In this document: piece by piece, positions 57,207 to 64,000 of the stretch
How the letters are laid out: the number at the start of each line of letters is the position of its first letter
How positions within the stretch are numbered: position 1 is the stretch's first letter
Source: a virus
Taxonomy: Duplodnaviria > Caudoviricetes
Length of the DNA stretch: 64,000 nucleotides
Reading direction: 5' to 3' (one strand)
IMG/VR virus record: IMGVR_UViG_3300047678_000069
Coordinates: 1,942-65,941 of that record
The notes under the pieces: model-generated
Seen by the model: the letters and a program-made list of their open reading frames with translations, nothing else
Database searches by the model: none
What the model was told of the DNA's origin: nothing
Made by a program: the position numbers and the translations under genes

Positions 57207-57971
57207 TTACTTCAGGGCTTTGGCAGCTTCTTCCCAATTCGTGGTCGGCGGAATCAGCATTCCGGTCTGACTTTCTGTGGTCTTCTTATTGATGGTTGGG
57301 TTGCCTGCACCAGAGAAGTTGAATCGTGCTGAAACGCCGGGGATCTGATTACCGGGTTCAATACGATTTTTGCCATTGTTGGCCACGGGTTCTGGCTTCT
57401 TCGGAATCAGACTGACCATGACTTTCAGCTTGTTGAGAGATTCACCGGCAAGGTTTGCAACCATTCCCTTCTTCTCTCGATCGTTGAGATCGGAGTTGTC
57501 GATCAACTTCTTGATCAATTCAGCTTTCTGATCGTTCATGACGTTTGCTGCATTAGCAACAACTTCCTGAACTTCAGCGGGGGCTGAATTCATCCACTCG
57601 TCGAACGACTGTGGCTTTGACTGTGGCTTTGGTTGACTTGCGGAACCGCGATTCCCAGTCATTGGCTTTTCACCTTTCTTTTTGTTGTGGGAAGCACCGC
57701 ACTTTGAGCAAACCATCCCATCGCCGTTGCCGGTCGGGGTTTCATCTTCATTGGTGACATCTGTTTCATCAGAACCAGAATCGTCGTCATCAATATCGTC
57801 ATCATCATCATCATCATCGTCTGGTTCAGTGTTGAGGGTTGCGTCTGCGAAATTCAGAAGAGCAACATCGGTCATGGCTTCGATCGCGGGCTTACCATCT
57901 TCGGTGATGATTTGATTCGCGACCAGCGATTCAACAATTTCCTGACGATCTTCAGGAGTCAACTTTGCCAT
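57207..57971 (-). CDS. Scaffolding protein (putative)
   Basis: Acidic/helical; between the protease and decoration genes. Confidence 0.65.
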   Translation of the reverse strand: MAKLTPEDRQEIVESLVANQIITEDGKPAIEAMTDVALLNFADATLNTEPDDDDDDDDDIDDDDSGSDETDVTNEDETPTGNGDGMVCSKCGASHNKKKGEKPMTGNRGSASQPKPQSKPQSFDEWMNSAPAEVQEVVANAANVMNDQKAELIKKLIDNSDLNDREKKGMVANLAGESLNKLKVMVSLIPKKPEPVANNGKNRIEPGNQIPGVSARFNFSGAGNPTINKKTTESQTGMLIPPTTNWEEAAKALK

Positions 57972-58033
57972 CTCTGGCTCTCCAATCAAAAGTAATGAAC
58001 AAGCGAGCCAGAATGGTCGCTCGGTGAAACGTT

Positions 58034-59362
58034 TCAGTATTTCCCTCGACCCGTCAAAAGTTTGCGAGCCGTTTTCTTGTCACCTGATTCGTGTGCCTTC
58101 TTGACTTTCGCAACTAAGGACTTCACACGTTCAGCCGGAGTTCTTGTGTCTTTTGCTGGGAGCTTTGAAGCTCGAGCCGTCTTTCGATCCTTTGAAGCTT
58201 TTGCTCCAGCAGATTTCTTTTTGGCCATTGCCTCTTTGCGATCCTGATTCTTCGAACTCTTTTCAAAAGCCTTGCGATCGGCGTGGTCTTTGAAACCTTT
58301 CTTCTTCGCGATTAGATCTTGAGTGGCAGAACGCTTTGAAGTTGACTTTGAACTAGCCTTGGTCTTCTTGGCAGCCCTTACCGTTTTCTTGACCTTTTCT
58401 TTCTGAGTCTTCGCAGTCTTTGCGTCACGATGGGCTTTCAGCTTGGCTTGGAGTTTCTTCAGGCGATCGACAGACCTTTGTTTTGAAGAGGTCTTGACTT
58501 TTCCCTTTCCAGTTTTCGGTTTCATTGAAGATCTTGCAGTGGGTCGCTGTGGTGGCTTTGCTGCAGGTTTCTTTCCGAGACCAATTTTCTTCTTGAGACG
58601 ATCAATCAGATTCTTGGCAGAAGATTTCAGTTGATGACCAACCGCTCTTGCTCCCGCCTTTAATGCTGCCCCACCATGATGTCTCGCCAGCATTGCAGCT
58701 TTACGGGATTCTGGTGACCAGTTGTAAGTGGGGAAATCGTCATTGTTATTCGGCTTCGGCTTTTCATTCGCGTTCGCAGTAACTCCAAGACCACAACCAT
58801 CGCTGATCGAACAAGCACCAACTTCATCAGGAAGGATCGCCAGATGATCGGGAACGTATCGACGAGCAATCTTGTCATAAGGCTTTCCGTTGAACGTTGC
58901 TCCGGCTGGAGCAGGATCGTTTCTTGTGAAAAGGCCAGTTGACAATTCAACTTGTTCGCCACGTTCAATTGCCGAAATAATTCGGCTGTCAATCTTCCTG
59001 CAACGTTCAATGTCGATCCAAGCTTCCGCTGCAAGAATTCCCTTTTCAGTGACTCTCGAATTTAGAACAGTGCCAATGCCTCTTGCATTGAGAACTCCGG
59101 GGTCACGAGCAGAGATTGCTTTACCATCTCTGAACGGGTGATAAACGACAAGAGGCATTCCATTCCATGCAGAATGATTCTTGACTATTTCTTCAGGCGG
59201 ATAAAGCAGACTTCCTCTTGAGCCGTTTAATACGCCGGGAACGATCATCGAAACTGGAACAACATAATGAGGACGACCATGAAGTTCTTCTTTCCTGATA
59301 TTCCCGCAGCGATTCGCGGTAAGGTAAGCGAACGGTTTTTGAATCATTGAAGAGTTTTTCAC
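58034..59362 (-). CDS. DUF2213-like prohead protease with a long basic C-terminal extension
   Basis: PLVVYHP, ELSTG, DHLAILPDEVGACS; last ~240 aa are Lys/Arg/Ala-rich. Confidence 0.8.
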   Translation of the reverse strand: MKNSSMIQKPFAYLTANRCGNIRKEELHGRPHYVVPVSMIVPGVLNGSRGSLLYPPEEIVKNHSAWNGMPLVVYHPFRDGKAISARDPGVLNARGIGTVLNSRVTEKGILAAEAWIDIERCRKIDSRIISAIERGEQVELSTGLFTRNDPAPAGATFNGKPYDKIARRYVPDHLAILPDEVGACSISDGCGLGVTANANEKPKPNNNDDFPTYNWSPESRKAAMLARHHGGAALKAGARAVGHQLKSSAKNLIDRLKKKIGLGKKPAAKPPQRPTARSSMKPKTGKGKVKTSSKQRSVDRLKKLQAKLKAHRDAKTAKTQKEKVKKTVRAAKKTKASSKSTSKRSATQDLIAKKKGFKDHADRKAFEKSSKNQDRKEAMAKKKSAGAKASKDRKTARASKLPAKDTRTPAERVKSLVAKVKKAHESGDKKTARKLLTGRGKY

Positions 59363-59521
59363 ATCTAGGAATTCCCTTCTGGTTGGGTAAAATTTTGCAC
59401 GGCACCGTGTTCTGCTGGGGAGAAGAATATCTTCGAAAGGCGATCTGATAATAGTGTGAACAGCCCACTATTTACCCAAGCGTTTAGGCGAAATGCTGGG
59501 GTTATAGGAGATTCGGTTTTT

Positions 59522-59788
59522 CTAGGTCAGGCCGCTGTACGCATCACTAAGCAATCGAACCCATCGGTAATAGTATCGACGGCGATAGAACTCACAGATT
59601 ATTGATTGGCCTTGTGGTTCAAGTATCTTTCGAATGTTGAACACGTGGACACGGACTGTGATGTCAGATGTTAGTGGGTCGGGGATTGTCTCCTTTACTT
59701 CGTCAAAGCTGTGACGCTGTCCATCAGCGAGTAGATCGGCAATCCTTTGTTGTGTTTCGGTGAACTGTCTGGCCATAGTTGTCCTCAA
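59522..59788 (-). CDS. Small winged-helix protein
   Basis: RIADLLADGQRHS...TVRVHVFNIRKIL. Confidence 0.7.
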   Translation of the reverse strand: MRTTMARQFTETQQRIADLLADGQRHSFDEVKETIPDPLTSDITVRVHVFNIRKILEPQGQSIICEFYRRRYYYRWVRLLSDAYSGLT

Positions 59789-59797
59789 AGTAACTGA

Positions 59798-60724
59798 TTA
59801 TTTGGGCTTGGTTGCCTTCTTCATTTTCAGGATTCCCTCTTCGATTCTCTTTCGGATCTTTGCAGACTTAGGTGAGCTACCTTGTGGGATTGGAGCAAAC
59901 GCACATCTGCAATTCGTGTGAGCAGGAATCATCCCTCTGGCTTGCTTGATTGAGAAGACCTTGCCCGACATTGATTTGCAGCGTGGGCAAACTCTTCCGT
60001 CTTTTGCAGATTGCCATTCGACGCTTACCGCAACACGATCGATTCCCATTGCTTCAAGAGCATTCAATTGGCCTTCAGCGTGTGCTCTGATGATTTCAGT
60101 GCGGGCAATCGCCATTGAACGTTGCTTTGAAAGATTCAGTTTCTTTCTGAGCTCGGCTGCAATTACGCGAATACCTTTTCCTTGAACAAGCCCATCGGTT
60201 AGAACTTGCGTGAGAGTTCTGATGGATTGCTCTTGAATCCCTTTCAGATCTTTGAATGTTCGTGAGGCAAGCACCTTTAAGCGATCAATGGCGATTGGTG
60301 TATTGAATGCAGATGAAAGGAATTGGTCACGTGTCCCGTTATACCAATTCATGCGGGCTGGGCTCTTCGCTGAATGTTTCTTGTTTACTTCATCGAAGGT
60401 TCGACCAGCCCCCTTTGCATGAGCAGCTTCAATATAGCGAGCCCACCAATCAATGTTTACAGTTTTGGGTTCAAACGAGTTTTTCAGTTGGGTCTTGATC
60501 CACCGTTCGAACTCGTTCAGCTTTTGCTCACTTGAAAGGAACTTCCATCGCGTGTTCAGGGAGAGAGATTCGCGGGTATCGCCGAACACTTTCTCTGAAG
60601 TCAGCAATGCGTTGACCTGCCTTATAACGAAGTCAAAGCGATCTGAGATGTCCTTGCAGAATTTCTTTCGTAGGGATTCGGTTCTGGAAGGATCCTCCAG
60701 CATTGGGTTAAATTGGTTTTCCAT
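59798..60724 (-). CDS. Head morphogenesis protein (Mu gpF/SPP1 gp7-like)
   Basis: IARTEIIRAH, DGRVCPRC, IPAHTNCRC. Confidence 0.9.
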   Translation of the reverse strand: MENQFNPMLEDPSRTESLRKKFCKDISDRFDFVIRQVNALLTSEKVFGDTRESLSLNTRWKFLSSEQKLNEFERWIKTQLKNSFEPKTVNIDWWARYIEAAHAKGAGRTFDEVNKKHSAKSPARMNWYNGTRDQFLSSAFNTPIAIDRLKVLASRTFKDLKGIQEQSIRTLTQVLTDGLVQGKGIRVIAAELRKKLNLSKQRSMAIARTEIIRAHAEGQLNALEAMGIDRVAVSVEWQSAKDGRVCPRCKSMSGKVFSIKQARGMIPAHTNCRCAFAPIPQGSSPKSAKIRKRIEEGILKMKKATKPK

Positions 60725-60881
60725 TGTGTCGCTTTGATGAGGAGATGATCCGATCTTTACGGAAAGGTTTCGCTCTGCCGTGTTCTTCCGTTGAACGCAT
60801 CCGATCTTCGTTCTCACGTTTTATTAGAAGCTTTGTGGCTTCCATTTCAGCGTGGGTTGGATCAGGTCTTTTCCTTGGCAT
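60708..60881 (-). CDS. Small basic hypothetical protein (57 aa, below the ORF-track cutoff)
   Basis: MPRKRPDPTH...GKPI* with a GAGGA RBS; fills the gap after the portal gene. Confidence 0.5.
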   Translation of the reverse strand: MPRKRPDPTHAEMEATKLLIKRENEDRMRSTEEHGRAKPFRKDRIISSSKRHNGKPI

Positions 60882-60883
60882 GT

Positions 60884-62872
60884 TTAGTTCCTCAAATGGT
60901 TTGAAATTATGGAACGTGCTCTGAGCAGCTTGGCTCTATTTTCGGTTACAACTTTCGAAGTCATCTTCTTTGCTTTATCAGCGGTGATCCTTTGTTCTGA
61001 GGAGAGTGTTGCCATGCGAAGGGCAGATTCTGGGGAAAGACCAACTGACTGCAGTAGCTCAACTGCAACTTCTGGATGAGTTGTTCCTGCAGATACGCTT
61101 AGAAGAATGTCTTTCACAGAACTGATCTGAGCACCATTCAGCGGAGTAGTTCTTCCGGGTGGAGCAGTTTTCTGAGGAGGAAGCTGATCTGTTGGATTGG
61201 TTGGGCTTGGAGGAATTGGGTTTCCTTCAGCGTCAACTTCTCCTTCGGGAGGTAAGGCGTTTGGATCACCAAGCATGGATTCATCTTCCATAGCACGTTG
61301 ATCTTCGAGTGTGCGGGAACGGTTCTCCAAAATGCTTTGAGCAGTTTTCTCCTTCATGCCGTACAGCTTTGTGAGAACGTCGATTGGTTCGATCAATGTG
61401 TCGACACCACCACCAATATACATCGACAAGCCAGTGACGACTTGAGTTGCATAGGTTGCCTTTTCGGTTGGAGAAGAAAGATCGATTCCATCCCAACTGA
61501 TTGAATAGAATTCTGCTGGAGGAACCAGCGTGCCGACCTTGATCTGTCGGTCGATGAATTCAACAATGATTGAGGGGATGCAATGGTTTTGGTTTCGTTC
61601 AATGACAGTTTCATTCCAAGATGACTTGTCCTGTGATGAAGCAAGTTCACCACGCTCAGAGCCCATGAAGATCCTCTTGGGTACTCGCAGCTTGATGCAG
61701 ATTGCTTCGATCTGAACATTGATCTGGGATGACGGATCAACTACTTGTGTGGTCAGGGTCTTTGCGGTGATACCTGTGAGAGAGAACCATCGCTGAAGAC
61801 TGTTTGAATATTTCCACATTGCTTCCTTGATGGCAGCTTGATCAATGCCAACGTCAGCGACGGCTTTTGGATCGATCTCAAGGGATAGACCGGGGAATGC
61901 ACCTTTCCAATACATCTCAGCGGAACCGCCGTACAACTTTGTACAGTCAATCAAGCGGTTGAAGACTGGACGCATGGCAGGTTCAGCAAAGATTTCGTTT
62001 GAAAGAGGATTGTCGGCAACGTGGATAATTCGTGACCAATGGACTTGTTCTGATCGCAGAGAAACACCAATGCCGTTGAGCGGCTGGTCGTTGAGGTTGC
62101 TGTAAGTCACCTGATAGATTAGGGGCTTACCATATCGTTCACTGTTCCTTCGGGTTTCGTAACGAACAACTTGAACTTGGGATTCATCGAAGACACGAAG
62201 ATACAGAAGCTGGATTGGAGTTTCCGCTGGAAGTTCTTCAGTGATTGGTTTGGTGTCAGTGTATTGGTCGTCAAGTGAATCGCCGAGATTATCGTCGGGG
62301 ACACTGAAATCACTTGAGTCGTAATTTTCCTCGTCTTCAAAGGCATCGTTCTCGAAGTTTGGTGCGGGCTTTCTCATTGAGTCGTTTGGACCAAGGTCAC
62401 TGAAACCCATGAGAAGAACGCCGAACGAACCAATGCGAGACGCTTTGTCAAGACGCTTCAAGTATCGCATGATGTTGGAACCTTGTGTCTCCAACGGACG
62501 ATACATTGAACCACCATTGAGATTGAAGTTCAAGTTTTTCCATGACAGTTCGAATGGGGTTTCGTTGTCTGAGTTTTCGTCTTCATAGATTTCGGGGAGG
62601 GTCTTCCAACATTCTTCTGGCATGATGTCGACGACTCGAGCCGCGATTGGATCGCGATCGTACAAGTGACGATAGGTTTGGGCGGTGATATTTTCTGTGG
62701 CAGGGTATCCACATTCTGAATCGTAATCGCGGCGAGGATCCATGAACTTCTTGATCAAATCGTTCCTTGAAGTAAACGAATTGAACATTAGGTCGTTCAG
62801 GATTTCCTTGTTGAAGGCCATATCGTCTTCTGGGGAAGAGTCGTCGGCAGGGCTTGCAGTTGGGGTGCTCAT
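60884..62872 (-). CDS. Portal protein (DUF1073-like)
   Basis: YDRDPIAARVVD, VHWSRIIH, PKRIFMGSERGELAS; precedes gpF and the protease. Confidence 0.88.
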   Translation of the reverse strand: MSTPTASPADDSSPEDDMAFNKEILNDLMFNSFTSRNDLIKKFMDPRRDYDSECGYPATENITAQTYRHLYDRDPIAARVVDIMPEECWKTLPEIYEDENSDNETPFELSWKNLNFNLNGGSMYRPLETQGSNIMRYLKRLDKASRIGSFGVLLMGFSDLGPNDSMRKPAPNFENDAFEDEENYDSSDFSVPDDNLGDSLDDQYTDTKPITEELPAETPIQLLYLRVFDESQVQVVRYETRRNSERYGKPLIYQVTYSNLNDQPLNGIGVSLRSEQVHWSRIIHVADNPLSNEIFAEPAMRPVFNRLIDCTKLYGGSAEMYWKGAFPGLSLEIDPKAVADVGIDQAAIKEAMWKYSNSLQRWFSLTGITAKTLTTQVVDPSSQINVQIEAICIKLRVPKRIFMGSERGELASSQDKSSWNETVIERNQNHCIPSIIVEFIDRQIKVGTLVPPAEFYSISWDGIDLSSPTEKATYATQVVTGLSMYIGGGVDTLIEPIDVLTKLYGMKEKTAQSILENRSRTLEDQRAMEDESMLGDPNALPPEGEVDAEGNPIPPSPTNPTDQLPPQKTAPPGRTTPLNGAQISSVKDILLSVSAGTTHPEVAVELLQSVGLSPESALRMATLSSEQRITADKAKKMTSKVVTENRAKLLRARSIISNHLRN

Positions 62873-64000
62873 TATTGTTCACGTCCGATGATAGATGGAA
62901 GTTGGTAAGTTGAACCAGCATCAGAAGGGATGACAACCGTTTGAGAATCTCTGCGAGAGCCACGCCAGATTCGATATGTGCAACCTTTGGCAAGGCCAAT
63001 GATTTCAAACATCCCATAAACATTTGATACTGTTGTCTTGACTCTAGTGTCGAATGAGAATCCATCAATTGTTGAAGGGACACTATACAATTCACTATAG
63101 ATGGAAACTGATTCTTCTTCGACACCGTCTTGATCATAAGCAATTCCAAAGCCTGTAGTGAATTCACCGACGCTCGGCGTAACAGAATTTTCTGTCATAC
63201 TGAGAGTGATGGAATCATCAGCACTGATGACCAAGGTTGCTCCACCATAGGTATACCCCACCTTTGTGATCGACACCGTCCACGTTGCGTCGTCAACGTT
63301 GAATACCGCCACCCCACTGGCATTCGTGAGTGCGGTGTAGCTATTGACTCCCTCAGTGAGACGCACGAGAGCGTTTTGCAGTGTGGTTGCACCATCGTTG
63401 ATGGTAATCGTCACTGTCCGTGCTCCAGCGCCAGCGGAGTCCAGTTTCACTGCCCCAGTGGCAGACACGCGGAGTCGATTTGCGAGATCATCAGCATGGA
63501 ATAAACCGGCTCGAATATCTGCGACGGAAGGCGCAGAGCCACCACCGCCTCCGCCTCCGCCTCCAGCATCCTTGATCGCTTCCAGATTGTCAGTGGTCCC
63601 GACATAGGTAGCCGTTCCGCCAGTCTGGATCTCAGTTTCGGCTGTAGCCATTCCTGCGGTACCGGCATCCTTCCGGAACGCTCGACGAAGCCAGTTCCCG
63701 AGGGATGTGATCCCGGAAAACACTGTCGTCAAAGCCGTTAAATAGCCTGTATTTGCGTTTACAGCCGTTTCGATGTCGTTAATCTGACCAGTGAGCGTGG
63801 AGTCCAGTTTCGCTGCTATTCGGCCTGATTCCAACGCCGCTGGCAGTCGCGTCTGGATGTTCGCAGTCTTCACGGCTTCCGCGTTGACGCTTGCTTGAGT
63901 GGCCAGCGATGTTGCCCATGATCCGGTGCCGAGTGCCGCCAGAACGTCAGCAGCGGAATGCGTGCTAAATCCCGTAGCTGTGGCCCATGATCCTGCACCA
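62872..64000 (-). CDS. Large Ala/Gly/Thr-rich putative virion protein, 5' end outside the window
   Basis: The frame stays open from 63873 to the window edge; C-terminal beta-sandwich-like domains. Confidence 0.7.
   Translation of the reverse strand, partial: GAGSWATATGFSTHSAADVLAALGTGSWATSLATQASVNAEAVKTANIQTRLPAALESGRIAAKLDSTLTGQINDIETAVNANTGYLTALTTVFSGITSLGNWLRRAFRKDAGTAGMATAETEIQTGGTATYVGTTDNLEAIKDAGGGGGGGGGSAPSVADIRAGLFHADDLANRLRVSATGAVKLDSAGAGARTVTITINDGATTLQNALVRLTEGVNSYTALTNASGVAVFNVDDATWTVSITKVGYTYGGATLVISADDSITLSMTENSVTPSVGEFTTGFGIAYDQDGVEEESVSIYSELYSVPSTIDGFSFDTRVKTTVSNVYGMFEIIGLAKGCTYRIWRGSRRDSQTVVIPSDAGSTYQLPSIIGREQ

Noticed and set aside
60884-62872. Anti-CBASS Acb1, a label often attached to this family
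   Set aside because: Size, position and motifs fit a portal protein; no HxT/HxT phosphoesterase pair was recognised.

Overview
The whole window is a tailed dsDNA phage (siphovirus-like) genome segment with no host genes, and it probably covers most of the genome. The host is tentatively Planctomycetota, inferred from the style of the CsrA, a lipoprotein ending CPGGVCP and the Cys-rich tail proteins. Layout: (1) 0.3-26.2 kb, mostly minus strand: terminase, a PP-loop/basic-peptide/ASCH cassette, primase-helicase, a thymidine-hypermodification cassette, PolA, recombination genes, CsrA, UDG and RuvC; (2) 26.4-35.7 kb, plus strand, early-like: ParB-like protein, MoxR AAA plus partner, and UvrD; (3) 36.3-64 kb, minus strand: portal, head, lysis-like and tail genes, followed directly by three glycosyltransferases, a radical SAM enzyme and two methyltransferases. 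The main observations are a type III hammerhead ribozyme ending a structured leader of about 210 nt in the early operon, a probable virion-glycosylation system with recurrent GTGT/GTTS motifs in structural proteins, an hmdU-based DNA modification pathway with no recognisable amino acid:DNA transferase, a RiPP-like Gly-tailed peptide beside a PP-loop enzyme, and two phage-specific promoter motifs. All protein calls come from motifs read by eye; no database search was run.
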